From assembly GCA_049520955.1 (NCBI GenBank), contig JBEKPG010000005.1:2817-66816 (forward strand): a stretch of DNA of 64,000 nucleotides, written 5' to 3'. The notes under the pieces were generated by a model that saw only the letters and a list, made by a program, of their open reading frames with translations, ran no database searches and was not told the origin of the DNA. Below are positions 1-9,547 of this stretch, in pieces. The position numbers and the translations under genes are program-made. The stretch's first letter is position 1. Every line of letters begins with the position of its first letter. This stretch comes from Candidatus Bathyarchaeia archaeon. Its GTDB lineage: Archaea > Thermoproteota > Bathyarchaeia > Bathyarchaeales > Bathycorpusculaceae.

Positions 1-122
1 ATGAATCATTTAAGGCACAGAATACCCGACCTTGCTCTTGGCAAATAACGAGGTTGTACAGAGCTCACCGTGATGGCGCAAGGTCCCAGGAAATTCTTCT
101 TCCAATTCAGAAATTTTGGGTT

Positions 123-875
123 TTATTTCCATTTAGTTAGTATTTCTTCTCTTTGGAAGGTTGCTTTGCTCAAGGAGAATAGGGCGATGTCAGCGACGGC
201 TAAGACTGCTGATACGATTAAAGCAAGCAGACTAATGGGGATTGTTGTGATTTGGACTGAGAAAACCAATAGAAGTATCAGGGGTAAAACTACGAGGGTT
301 CCTAGCTGCTGAGCTGCTCGTATGTCGTTTACCCTGGAAGATATGATGATGTTGGCTTCAACACTTAAAATACAGGCTAAAGGCGCCATTAAACCAAGTA
401 TTAACGCTAAATCTGCGTTGGGAAGCAAGAAAAGCCCGAACTTAATGTATGACCAAACATCCATGATTGTTATGAATATTGCTGCGCCGATGTAAGTTAC
501 TCCAATAGTGGGGAGGAAGGTGGCTAAGCTTTTGCCCAACAGTAACTCACCATCAGTTGTTGGAGTCGCCAATAAGGGTTCAAGGCTTTTTTCGATTTTT
601 TCGCCAACAATACTATACGAACCCATTATCGAAGGAAGAATCACGGGTATAAGAACAAAATATGTCGAACCTATGTTTGCGAAGGTATTAGCAGCGTTAA
701 TGAATTGAGCTTGAGTAAGCGAGCTCGCTTGGGCTCCTAAAGCATAAATGAAAATGAGCGGAAGCACCACTCCTACTATCAAGGGCAGGGAAACTAAAGA
801 GTAGAGGATGTACTTGTTTTTCTTGAATACACTCAAGTCTTTCGAAGTCACTATCCACGACTTCCATAATCTCAT
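123..875 (-). CDS. ABC-2 type transporter permease
   Basis: Multiple TM helices; 'GSYSIVGEKIEKSLEPLLATP' ABC-2 permease signature; overlaps the upstream ATPase gene. Confidence 0.9.
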   Translation of the reverse strand: MRLWKSWIVTSKDLSVFKKNKYILYSLVSLPLIVGVVLPLIFIYALGAQASSLTQAQFINAANTFANIGSTYFVLIPVILPSIMGSYSIVGEKIEKSLEPLLATPTTDGELLLGKSLATFLPTIGVTYIGAAIFITIMDVWSYIKFGLFLLPNADLALILGLMAPLACILSVEANIIISSRVNDIRAAQQLGTLVVLPLILLLVFSVQITTIPISLLALIVSAVLAVADIALFSLSKATFQREEILTKWK

Positions 876-1801
876 TGCACCGACGCCTCCCTAATCAACT
901 TCAAATAAACATCTTCAAGAGTAGACCGCAACTCCGTGACATATTGGATGCTGCCTCCAGCTGCTACAATCGCCCGCACCAACTCGGGATTGTCTCTCTC
1001 CGGATTGTCGATGTCAAGAATTAACTTGTTGTCGCTGGTTTTCAGGTTCTTTACTGTACTCAACACTCTAACGGCGGCTAAAACCTGACTGGTGACACTT
1101 TCAAGGTGAACTATGGTTTTTCGATTGTAGAGGCTTCGCTCTAAGTTTTTTGGCGAGTCAACCACGATTAGCCGAGTTTTGAGGATGCCGATGCGGTCGC
1201 AGAGCCGTTCCGCTTCGTCTAAGTTGTGAGTGTTCAGGAAGATGGTGTGTTTCTCTTTTTTGAGGTCAAGAATAAAGTCTCGAACTGTTTTTGATGCTTC
1301 AGGGTCCAAATTAGCTGTGGGTTCATCCAGAAACAACACCTGTGGGTCATGAATTAGAGCTCGGGCGATGGCGATTTTCTGTTTGGTGCCTTTCGAAAAT
1401 GTGCCCACGGCGTCATCTCTGCGCTCCCATATGCCAAGCAACCTCAATAGATGTTCAATATTTTCTCGCCGTTTCGCTTCCGGGACCTCGTAGAGTTTTC
1501 CGTAAAAGTCAAGGTTGCGGTAAGCACTCAGGCTGTCGTATAAGCCGACGTTTTCGGGCAATATGCCAACCATTTTTCTTATTTTGAGACAGTCTGCTTC
1601 ATTGTCAACTGCAAATTCTCCTATATGGGCATTGCCGCTGGTTTTGCCGATTAAACAGCTGAGCATGCGAACAGTTGTGGTTTTTCCTGCCCCGTTGGGT
1701 CCAAGAAAACCAAAAACCTCACCTTCGTCCACATGTAAGGTGACGTTATCCACAGCTGTTAGATTGCCAAATCTTCGAGTAAGATTCTCGAGATCAATCA
1801 T
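872..1801 (-). CDS. ABC transporter ATP-binding protein (multidrug/export type)
   Basis: Walker A GPNGAGKTT, signature FSKGTKQK, Walker B LFLDEPT, H-loop NTHNL. Confidence 0.95.
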   Translation of the reverse strand: MIDLENLTRRFGNLTAVDNVTLHVDEGEVFGFLGPNGAGKTTTVRMLSCLIGKTSGNAHIGEFAVDNEADCLKIRKMVGILPENVGLYDSLSAYRNLDFYGKLYEVPEAKRRENIEHLLRLLGIWERRDDAVGTFSKGTKQKIAIARALIHDPQVLFLDEPTANLDPEASKTVRDFILDLKKEKHTIFLNTHNLDEAERLCDRIGILKTRLIVVDSPKNLERSLYNRKTIVHLESVTSQVLAAVRVLSTVKNLKTSDNKLILDIDNPERDNPELVRAIVAAGGSIQYVTELRSTLEDVYLKLIREASVQ

Positions 1802-1829
1802 ATCATGCTCTGTCCGAAATCATCCAAGT

Positions 1830-2096
1830 TTAAGCATGTTCATATTTGGATTCTTCAATGTGCTTCTTTTCTAGTTCTTCTTCAGTTAGCTGGGGCGGAG
1901 GAACTTGCTCTTGAGGTTTTCCTATTGGAGACCAAGTTACCGGATCCTTCACCGATGAAGAGGGGTTGAACCAACTGCTTTTCCCACATGCTGGACACTG
2001 GACTCTTTTGAGGGGACCAACATGCACCAATGAATCCAAGGGTCTGTAAGTATATTCAAAGACAGTTGCACATTTCTTGCATTTTAGTCTAGCCAT
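1830..2096 (-). CDS. Small zinc-ribbon protein
   Basis: CKKC...CPACG motif pair in 88 aa; co-oriented with the ABC genes. Confidence 0.7.
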   Translation of the reverse strand: MARLKCKKCATVFEYTYRPLDSLVHVGPLKRVQCPACGKSSWFNPSSSVKDPVTWSPIGKPQEQVPPPQLTEEELEKKHIEESKYEHA

Positions 2097-2684
2097 TCTG
2101 ATCGTCTTAGCCCAATTGTTGTTAAAAGATTAAAGTTTTGCGTAACAGAAATGATTTTACAGGTCATATTAACGATTAATGTGGTTTCATCAACGCTGAT
2201 GTAATTGGTTAACTTAAACATTGAATAAAATGCGTCAAGGTACATTCCGATAACCGTTAAAACATGGTGGTGGAAAAAATTTGAGTGCTGCAACGAAAAA
2301 GGTTTTGCTTAGCAAAACGGTAATCTTTGCTTGAACAATTGCTAAAACAAGATAAAAGTAATAGCCTTAGCGTTCATTAGAAAAATCTTGGTTTTGAAGT
2401 GCCGTCTGGCAGACTTCTAATTGCCTAAAAGGATGCCCATAAATACACATTTGGGAGCCTAAGCCCCATAGTGCAGATTTGGGAACAGAGCCATATCATG
2501 GCAACAGATTTGTCTGCCAAACGACTCGCAGCTTTCGTCTACAATACTCTACTGTTTAATAGAAAATAAAAATTTGTGGTAGCACCTTAGCAGTCACAAG
2601 CAAACAACCCACAAGTTTTCGCATGTGAGATTTAACTATAAATAAGTGAGTTACAGTTTTTGTTAACACTGGGGGGAACCGCAG

Positions 2685-3014
2685 GTGAATTTGGAAGAGA
2701 TGAAAAAGCAAATAGAATCGCTTGTTATTGCAAAAGGATTTTACAATAATCCTGAAGATATTCCAAAGAAACTCCTTTTTGCATTCATAGAGCTAGGTGA
2801 AGCAAGCGATGCTTGGAAAAAAGGATTGCCTGAAGAAAAAATAGCTGAAGAACTAATCGATGTGATGTTCTATGTTTTAGATGCAAGCCGCCTAGCTTGC
2901 CCAAACATGAACCTAGACGAAGTATTCCGAAGAAAACTCCAGAAAAACTTGAGTCGCCCTTTCCAGTATGGAGAAGGCCACCGCAACAAACAGCCTGAAG
3001 AAAACAAGAAGTAA
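2685..3014 (+). CDS. MazG-like nucleotide pyrophosphohydrolase
   Basis: ELGEASDAWKK...EELIDV motif (ExxE...EExxD) of all-alpha NTP-PPases. Confidence 0.85.
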   Translation: MNLEEMKKQIESLVIAKGFYNNPEDIPKKLLFAFIELGEASDAWKKGLPEEKIAEELIDVMFYVLDASRLACPNMNLDEVFRRKLQKNLSRPFQYGEGHRNKQPEENKK

Positions 3015-3063
3015 CAGACGAAGTATTTATCGCACCCTTTTAAGGTATATTTGATGAATAAAA

Positions 3064-3489
3064 GTGGACTTTACTTATCCTGCTAACAAAAAGTTTGAAT
3101 GCAATAGATGTGGCTTATGCTGCGGTAACACAAAACAAAAAACAAGACATATTCTCCTCTTAGAAACCGAAGCCAAAAATATTGCCGCCCATTCTTCTAG
3201 CCTCATACTTGATTTTTCAACGGAAATTAAGGATAAGCTTCCTTACATTTATGAAATGAAAAAGACAAGTGAAGGCAAATGCGTCTACTTAAAAGAAAAC
3301 CAATGCAGCATTTACCCTTTAAGACCATTAATTTGCAGATTTTACCCATTTGAGTTAAAATTTGATAAGGACAAAGGATTATATAATTTTGATTTTACGC
3401 TTGAGTGTTCAGGAATAAATCAGGGCAAAGATTTAAACAAAAAAGATTTCAAAAAATTGTTTGCGTTGGCACAAGAAAGCTTGGGCTGA
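3064..3489 (+). CDS. YkgJ-family cysteine-cluster (Zn/Fe-S) protein
   Basis: CNRCGLCC...CVYL...CSIYPLRPLICRFYPF signature. Confidence 0.9.
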   Translation: MDFTYPANKKFECNRCGLCCGNTKQKTRHILLLETEAKNIAAHSSSLILDFSTEIKDKLPYIYEMKKTSEGKCVYLKENQCSIYPLRPLICRFYPFELKFDKDKGLYNFDFTLECSGINQGKDLNKKDFKKLFALAQESLG

Positions 3490-3497
3490 CTCTATCA

Positions 3498-3962
3498 CTA
3501 TAGCTGTTGGAGAACATCAGTTTGTTCTAAAGTGATGCCACAGTAATGGCATTTCAACGATAAAGGTTCCTCGCTTTTAACGTAAAATTTTGAGACTACC
3601 GGTTCATCGCTGTTGCTTATGCAGCATGGGTTTACGCATTTAATTATGCCTTCAATAGTTTTGGGCAACTTAACTTCCAGCTTTTTAACAACTTTGTAAT
3701 TGTGAATAATGTTTATTGAGGCGTGAGGAGCCACCAAAGCAATCCTGTTGACTTCCTGTGAGTTGAGTGCTCGCCCTTCTATTTTCAAGATGTCTTTAGC
3801 TCCGAAACGTTTGCTTGGAACATTAATGCCGATAGTAATAACCCGTTTCTCCTTACCTGTTATTCCTAAAATCTTGATGACATCCAAGGCGTACCCGCCG
3901 CTAATGTGATCGATGACTGTGCCGTCTTTGATTTTTGATACTCGAAGTTCCATATCGCTCAT
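3498..3962 (-). CDS. pyrI: Aspartate carbamoyltransferase regulatory subunit
   Basis: VSKIKDGTVIDHI, KDILKIE, CVNPCCIS...CHYC Zn site; start refined to ATG 3962 (ORF track starts at 4004). Confidence 0.96.
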   Translation of the reverse strand: MSDMELRVSKIKDGTVIDHISGGYALDVIKILGITGKEKRVITIGINVPSKRFGAKDILKIEGRALNSQEVNRIALVAPHASINIIHNYKVVKKLEVKLPKTIEGIIKCVNPCCISNSDEPVVSKFYVKSEEPLSLKCHYCGITLEQTDVLQQL

Positions 3963-4034
3963 TTGAATCCCGGTTCTGAAGAAGACTATTACATTTGCAA
4001 CCAAATAAGATTTTACATGATGAATGAGGGGAGG

Positions 4035-4757
4035 TTATAGGTTAGATGAACGCAGGTCGATGACTGTGGTTCCGGCAAACTTGTCAAAGTACCTCATGAA
4101 TGTGGGATTTTTCAGTCGCCACCCGATAAGTAAGTCAAAGGGCAACAGAGGCAAAATTTTCCCAAAGTTCCTTACTGCCGCATGGTCATAGGACATTTTC
4201 TTTCCATCAGTTCTGACAACTTTTAAACCTATAATGCGCTTGCCGATGGTTTGACCGTTAAATCCTTCAAGCAAAGTAGAATAAAGCCAAAGAAGACCCA
4301 CAGTAATGAAAAGCACTGTGCTGGTTCCTTCACCGAGAAGGGCTGAGAAAGATCTAAAAAAAACCTGAGGCAGAAAAATAATCGCCACTGTGATTGCAAG
4401 TATTAGCGCAAAATCAATTAGGAAAGCTGAACTTCTCTTTTTTAGAGTAGTAACTGGAAGTTGGCTTACTTTTCTTTGCACATCCGCTACTTCTGCCCAG
4501 CCTTCAACATCATGGATAACTCTTACTGCGCTTTCACCAGCCCTGTTTAATTTGTACTTACCCGTTGGGGTTTGCTCTATGAAAACCTCTAACGAGCGAA
4601 GATGAAAACTTAATTTTCCTGTGTCAACCTTTAGTAGGTTCAGCAGGTCAGTGAAAGATGCCTCGCCTTTTTCGGCAAGATCCAGCAGAATTTCTCTTCG
4701 CAGAGGATGCGATAGGATCGAAATGATCTTGGAAATATTTTCTTGATTTACTGCCAT
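4035..4757 (-). CDS. ArsR-like winged-helix regulator fused to an RDD-family membrane domain
   Basis: N-term LSHPLRREILL...GKLSFHLRSL wHTH; C-term KRSSAFLID...GQTIGKRIIGLKVV...D RDD motif. Confidence 0.85.
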   Translation of the reverse strand: MAVNQENISKIISILSHPLRREILLDLAEKGEASFTDLLNLLKVDTGKLSFHLRSLEVFIEQTPTGKYKLNRAGESAVRVIHDVEGWAEVADVQRKVSQLPVTTLKKRSSAFLIDFALILAITVAIIFLPQVFFRSFSALLGEGTSTVLFITVGLLWLYSTLLEGFNGQTIGKRIIGLKVVRTDGKKMSYDHAAVRNFGKILPLLPFDLLIGWRLKNPTFMRYFDKFAGTTVIDLRSSNL

Positions 4758-4912
4758 GGTTCAAAACCAAGGTTTTTACACTTAACATTTGTTATTGATT
4801 AGAGTTTTTGGTTTATGTGAATAACAGATTAATAACTTCAATATAAGTCCAAACATAAAAAACTTGTTAAAGATACGGAAACATAGTCTTTAAGTCAAAA
4901 GCAACATATAAT

Positions 4913-5818
4913 ATGATTGTGTCAAGTGCCGAAGTAGCAGTTAAAGTATTCCGACAAGTTGAAAGCGAAGATTTCAGGGTTCTAAACATTATCGAATCTG
5001 CAATGAGCAAACGCGAATTTGTGCCGATGGAGCAAATACAAAAATATGCAAAACTGCCAATGGACCGCATAGAATTTACATTAGGCAAACTGAACAAGCT
5101 TGGATTAATTTACCGAACAAAAGGAGCTTATGTTGGATACAAATTAAACTTTGCAGGGTACGATTGCCTTGCTATAAATACCCTTGTCAAAGCAGGCGTA
5201 ATTGACTCGTTTGGGCAAGCTTTAGGCGTTGGAAAAGAAGCGGATGTTTTTGACGCATTAAGCCCCGATGGCAAACGTATAGCTGTGAAATTTCACAGGT
5301 TGGGAAGAACGAGTTTCAGGCAAACAAGAAGAAAAAGAGGCTACATACGCGAGCATTCCTCGTGGCTTTTCCAATCGCATGTATCAGCTGAGAAAGAGTT
5401 TCAAGCTATGCAACTTGTTTACAAAAACGGTGTTTCAGTGCCTGAGCCGATAAGCCAAAACCGACATGTTATTGCTATGGGAATGATTGAAGGTGCAGAG
5501 CTATCGAAATACAAAGTGATTCAAAAGCCTGAAAAAATCCTAAAAGAAATTTTGCGCAATGTAAGGAAAACCTACTTGAAAGCGCACGTTATTCACGCAG
5601 ACCTCAGCGAATATAACATCATCCTAAAACCTGATGGGCATATCCTCATTATTGACTGGCCACAATACGTGATGGTTGATCATGCAAACGCAGAGGAACT
5701 GCTTGAGAGAGACCTTAAAAACGTACTTACTTTTTTCGACCGCAAGTTTAACGTAAAAGTGGCTATAGACGAAGCTTGCTATTACGTGAATGGGAAAACC
5801 AGAAGTTTGGCTATTTAA
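4913..5818 (+). CDS. rio2: RIO2-type serine/threonine kinase
   Basis: N-terminal wHTH, GVGKEADVF, AVKFHRLGRTSF, IHADLSEYNI, IIDWPQ. Confidence 0.93.
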   Translation: MIVSSAEVAVKVFRQVESEDFRVLNIIESAMSKREFVPMEQIQKYAKLPMDRIEFTLGKLNKLGLIYRTKGAYVGYKLNFAGYDCLAINTLVKAGVIDSFGQALGVGKEADVFDALSPDGKRIAVKFHRLGRTSFRQTRRKRGYIREHSSWLFQSHVSAEKEFQAMQLVYKNGVSVPEPISQNRHVIAMGMIEGAELSKYKVIQKPEKILKEILRNVRKTYLKAHVIHADLSEYNIILKPDGHILIIDWPQYVMVDHANAEELLERDLKNVLTFFDRKFNVKVAIDEACYYVNGKTRSLAI

Positions 5819-6057
5819 TGTTTATCGGCGTCTAGTACAATGTAGAGAACGTTGTTTCCGCGCAGCAGAACATTGCCGTAGTTTGTCATTAATTGTTCGT
5901 CTTTGGATTCGGTTGCGCCTTCAAGAAGAATGTTCATGTGCCCATCGCATTTTATCATTTTTCCTTTATAGTCGTATCCATTTTTGAGAATGACTTCAAT
6001 ATTTCCATGCATTTGTTTTATGAGAACATTCAACGGTTTTTTACTAGGTTCCATCAT
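5815..6057 (-). CDS. Sm-like archaeal protein (Lsm/SmAP)
   Basis: VILKNG.DYKGKMIKCDGHMNILL (Sm1) and GNVLLRGNNVLYI (Sm2). Confidence 0.93.
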   Translation of the reverse strand: MMEPSKKPLNVLIKQMHGNIEVILKNGYDYKGKMIKCDGHMNILLEGATESKDEQLMTNYGNVLLRGNNVLYIVLDADKH

Positions 6058-6253
6058 ATTATCGTGTTCCTAATGGATTTCTTGTAATAACCAAGAACCC
6101 ATGACCCAATATAAAAGCCTTATGAAACACCGTCAACGCCTCTGAAAATAATAGTTTCATTTAGGCGTTTTCAGAGACAAATTAGGGAAAGCGATTGTTC
6201 AACTAAGTGATTAAAAAAGAAGAAACCTAATCATGTGATTAGTTAGCAGTTTT

Positions 6254-6508
6254 TCAGATTTTAGATAGCAACGATAAGAGCGCAACTATTAAGAAGGCAA
6301 TGCCAGTCAAAAACAGGTCACCGCCTGTTACGAAATACACAATGGCCGCAACGATAATTGCAGGAATAAGCACTATAAACAGCTTTATCAGAACTATAAT
6401 TATCAAGCCAATTATAACCAGAACGACAAGAAATGGAATGCTGATTGAGCCAAGCCCTAAGCTGCTTAGAACAGAATATATTATTGGCAAAAACAATGCG
6501 AAATTCAT
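6254..6508 (-). CDS. Small hydrophobic membrane protein
   Basis: 84 aa, almost entirely hydrophobic (about 3 TM). Confidence 0.65.
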   Translation of the reverse strand: MNFALFLPIIYSVLSSLGLGSISIPFLVVLVIIGLIIIVLIKLFIVLIPAIIVAAIVYFVTGGDLFLTGIAFLIVALLSLLSKI

Positions 6509-6581
6509 AAGTTAACCTTCAAAAAAATATGTGTCCCGCAAGTAATATACATTTTTGCTATTTGCTTGTTGAGAAAAAATT

Positions 6582-7094
6582 TTAGGTTTTAATTTTTGAT
6601 TTGATTTTTGGAATAACTTCTTTTTGCGTTTGAATAACACCGTAGGTTGTTATCCTAAACTTGTCGTCAGCAGTTTTCTGCACCATTCCGTTTTTCGCCA
6701 GTTCCCCCAATCGCGTGCTGGTTATTTTGCCGCTTTTTCCAAGCTTAGTTTGTAACTCATCTTTCGGCAATGAGTCGCTGTTTACCATCCCCAGTTGATG
6801 TCCAAGGCATTGGGCTGTTAGCCAAATCGACAAAGCCTCATTATCTGTTAACCGGTTCTTAGGAGCCAGCAAGCTTACGCCATCACTTGAAAAAGCCACT
6901 ATGCCATTTAGGTCTGTAGCGAGTTGTTGAAGGTCAACATTGAGAAAAAGCTTCTGGGATATTTCAAAAGAGGGAATAAGATCTTTAAAAAATTGGTTTA
7001 TCAGAAGCCAGGCGTCTTGTGGTTCAGCGGAAAAATTTTGCTCAATTTCTTTATACTTGATTTGAACGTGGATTTTTTCTGCTCTTTGGCTCAA
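6582..7094 (-). CDS. Hypothetical protein with C-terminal winged helix (paralog of the next gene)
   Basis: TRLGELAKNGMVQK...FRITTYG wHTH-like C-terminus; 4-nt overlap with the neighbour. Confidence 0.75.
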   Translation of the reverse strand: MSQRAEKIHVQIKYKEIEQNFSAEPQDAWLLINQFFKDLIPSFEISQKLFLNVDLQQLATDLNGIVAFSSDGVSLLAPKNRLTDNEALSIWLTAQCLGHQLGMVNSDSLPKDELQTKLGKSGKITSTRLGELAKNGMVQKTADDKFRITTYGVIQTQKEVIPKIKSKIKT

Positions 7095-7585
7095 TTCATT
7101 TTGCCTCGGAGCTTGGAGATAACCTCTTCTTCAACCCATTTCTCGCCTTGGATTGTAAGCTTAAACTCTGGTTTATTAGGATCCGGCTTGAACACTTGAC
7201 CTCGCTTCGTCATCTCATTGAGCCGTGCTGGAACCATGCTTTTTATTCCGCTTGACTCCAAAAGTCTAGTTACTTGTGCCGCCGTGTTTTTTCTCTCTTG
7301 AGAAGCATAAAGAACCAAGCCGACTGCCTCATAATGGGTGAGGCTTTCGCGAGTAACTATTACCGGACCTTCGGTTGTAGGTTCAACAATGCCTTTTAAC
7401 TGTGCTCCTGAAGGGGTTAGCTTATTAGAAACAAAATCAGATAGTTTCTCAACAAAATTTTCAGGAATAGCTCCAAGCAAATCAAGAATTTCTTGAGCAT
7501 TTTCGCCTTCGATAACGACTTCTCCAAAAGGAGTTTTTATGTGTGCTTCAATACGCTTCATTTTTAACGCTTCTCCACTTACCAA
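7091..7585 (-). CDS. Hypothetical protein with C-terminal winged helix
   Basis: ARLNEMTKRGQVFK...FKLTIQG wHTH-like C-terminus. Confidence 0.75.
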   Translation of the reverse strand: MVSGEALKMKRIEAHIKTPFGEVVIEGENAQEILDLLGAIPENFVEKLSDFVSNKLTPSGAQLKGIVEPTTEGPVIVTRESLTHYEAVGLVLYASQERKNTAAQVTRLLESSGIKSMVPARLNEMTKRGQVFKPDPNKPEFKLTIQGEKWVEEEVISKLRGKMN

Positions 7586-7651
7586 TGCTATACATTATGT
7601 TAAGCCTTTTTAGGATTTGCGCTCAGCGCTAACATTTGCAACAGAAAAGCG

Positions 7652-9547
7652 TTATTTGAGGCGTTCCGCCAACAGTTTGGCAACCAATTCAGGATTAGCC
7701 TTTCCCCGCACTTCCTTCATCGTGGCACCCATAAGCATTCCATAAGCGCTTCTGCCTAGTTTTTCAGTTGAGTGCTTGTTAGCTGCGATTATGCGCTCAA
7801 TAATCGGCGCCAGCTCAGCTTCAGTTAACATTTTCAAACCCAAAGTCGTTACGGCATCTTGAACTGTTTTGCCTTCGTTTTTTGAAAGCCAGCTGAAAAC
7901 ATCCGCAACAGCTTCTTTGGCGAGCTCTCCAGAACCAACAGCGCTGAAAATTCTTTTGATTTGGTCTTCTTCAACTGTCTCGATTGGCACGCCTTCGCGT
8001 TTCAGGGCTTTTAGTGTTTCGGTTAAAAACGCTGCCACGGTTGAAGCTTGAACTCCAGTTTCTTTCGCGATCTCTTCGAAAAGAAGGTAATGTTCTGAGT
8101 TGGCAATTTGCTTGGCTAACTTATCGTTTAAACCGTATTGTTTAATCAAGCGTGAGAGTTTCTTTTCAGCAGGTTCAGGCAAGTTCTTGCGAACCGCCTC
8201 AACTAGTTTGTCATTTATAAGTGTAGGCGGGATGTCGGTTTCAGGGTACATTCTTGCCGCACCAGGTCTCGGGCGCATGTACCTTGTTGTTCCATCTTCT
8301 TTTGCCGTGCGAGTTTCAGCTGGAACGCTAGTCACTGCTTCTTGTGCACGTTCAACAACGGCTTTTAAAGCATCCAAAACGTTCTCTGCAGTGTCAGCCA
8401 CGAAAACTACTGCATCCTGTTCCTCAGCCATGACCACTTTTCTCAAGTTTTTTACTTCTTGATCGGTGATACCGTAATTTGGCATTTCGTCGGTGTGGAA
8501 TATTCCTCCAACTCTTCCCCAAAACTTCGCGCGGTCAGAAAGCTCTGTTCCAAAACGAAAGTTAGGCATAAGTTCACGCTTTAGCAATCCTGCGAAGCCA
8601 GGAAGTTTAACTGCTCTTACTTCCTGATTCTTGTCCACTGCTTTGCGGATAACTTGGCATTTTGTTTCCATAAAAACATTTTTCACATCAATGAAATTCG
8701 GCTTAAGTTCCTGTGTTTTAACGCCTCGCTTTGCAAGCTCCTCTTTTACACCGATTAACCCAAGTTGACGTTGAACCTCATACTCTACAACCTTCGAAAT
8801 CAGCTCAAGCTCTTGAACACCCTTTATCTCGATCAAGGCACCGTTTGGTAAAGAAACGTTCAAGTCTTGCCTAATCGTGCCTAAGCCGCGCATGACTTTG
8901 CCTGTATCACGTAGAATCCTACCTATGGCGAATGCGACTTCCTGTGCTTCCATTGGTGAATAGATTACTGGTCCAGTGGTGACCTCTATGAGCGGAATTC
9001 CTAATCGGTCTATGCGGTAACGAATCGTTTTGCCCTCATTTTCCGTTCCTGTTTTGCGTGCTGCGTCCTCTTCAAGGCTTAAAGCTTGAATTGGAATGGT
9101 TTTTTCTCCAACCTTAATCCACCCGTCAGATGCAATTATGCATGTTCGCTGAAACCCACTCGTGTTAGACCCGTCAATGACGGTTTTGCGCATGACATAA
9201 ACTTCATCAATCGGCACAGAATTCGTCATCAATGCAACGGTTAAAACAACTTCTACTGCTTCCCTGCTTATGGGATGCGGTGGTTCCTCGTCCATTTCCA
9301 CTAGGCAAGCACTTGTCTTGTTTGATTCGTAAAGGATTTTTACGCCTTTTTGGAACTCAAAATAAGCCGCAGGGTCAATTTGGCCTAGTTCACTCTGAGT
9401 TGGTCTAAGCCTACGCAGGAAAGTTACTTCGGGCTCTTCTTTAAAGAGTTCAGGTGGGCAACTGCAGAAGAGTTTTGAGCCAGTGTTTAGTTGCTGGTGG
9501 ATTTCTAAACCGACTTTCAGTCCTACTTCGCCGTAGTCAATTGTCAC
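7652..9547 (-). CDS. gatE: Glutamyl-tRNA(Gln) amidotransferase subunit E
   Basis: GLKVGLEIHQQL, DGSNTSGFQRT, RLGIPLIEVTT, RPRPGAARMYPETD; GTG start at 9547 after GGAGGAG, overlapping the gatD stop (ORF track starts at 9610). Confidence 0.97.
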   Translation of the reverse strand: MTIDYGEVGLKVGLEIHQQLNTGSKLFCSCPPELFKEEPEVTFLRRLRPTQSELGQIDPAAYFEFQKGVKILYESNKTSACLVEMDEEPPHPISREAVEVVLTVALMTNSVPIDEVYVMRKTVIDGSNTSGFQRTCIIASDGWIKVGEKTIPIQALSLEEDAARKTGTENEGKTIRYRIDRLGIPLIEVTTGPVIYSPMEAQEVAFAIGRILRDTGKVMRGLGTIRQDLNVSLPNGALIEIKGVQELELISKVVEYEVQRQLGLIGVKEELAKRGVKTQELKPNFIDVKNVFMETKCQVIRKAVDKNQEVRAVKLPGFAGLLKRELMPNFRFGTELSDRAKFWGRVGGIFHTDEMPNYGITDQEVKNLRKVVMAEEQDAVVFVADTAENVLDALKAVVERAQEAVTSVPAETRTAKEDGTTRYMRPRPGAARMYPETDIPPTLINDKLVEAVRKNLPEPAEKKLSRLIKQYGLNDKLAKQIANSEHYLLFEEIAKETGVQASTVAAFLTETLKALKREGVPIETVEEDQIKRIFSAVGSGELAKEAVADVFSWLSKNEGKTVQDAVTTLGLKMLTEAELAPIIERIIAANKHSTEKLGRSAYGMLMGATMKEVRGKANPELVAKLLAERLK

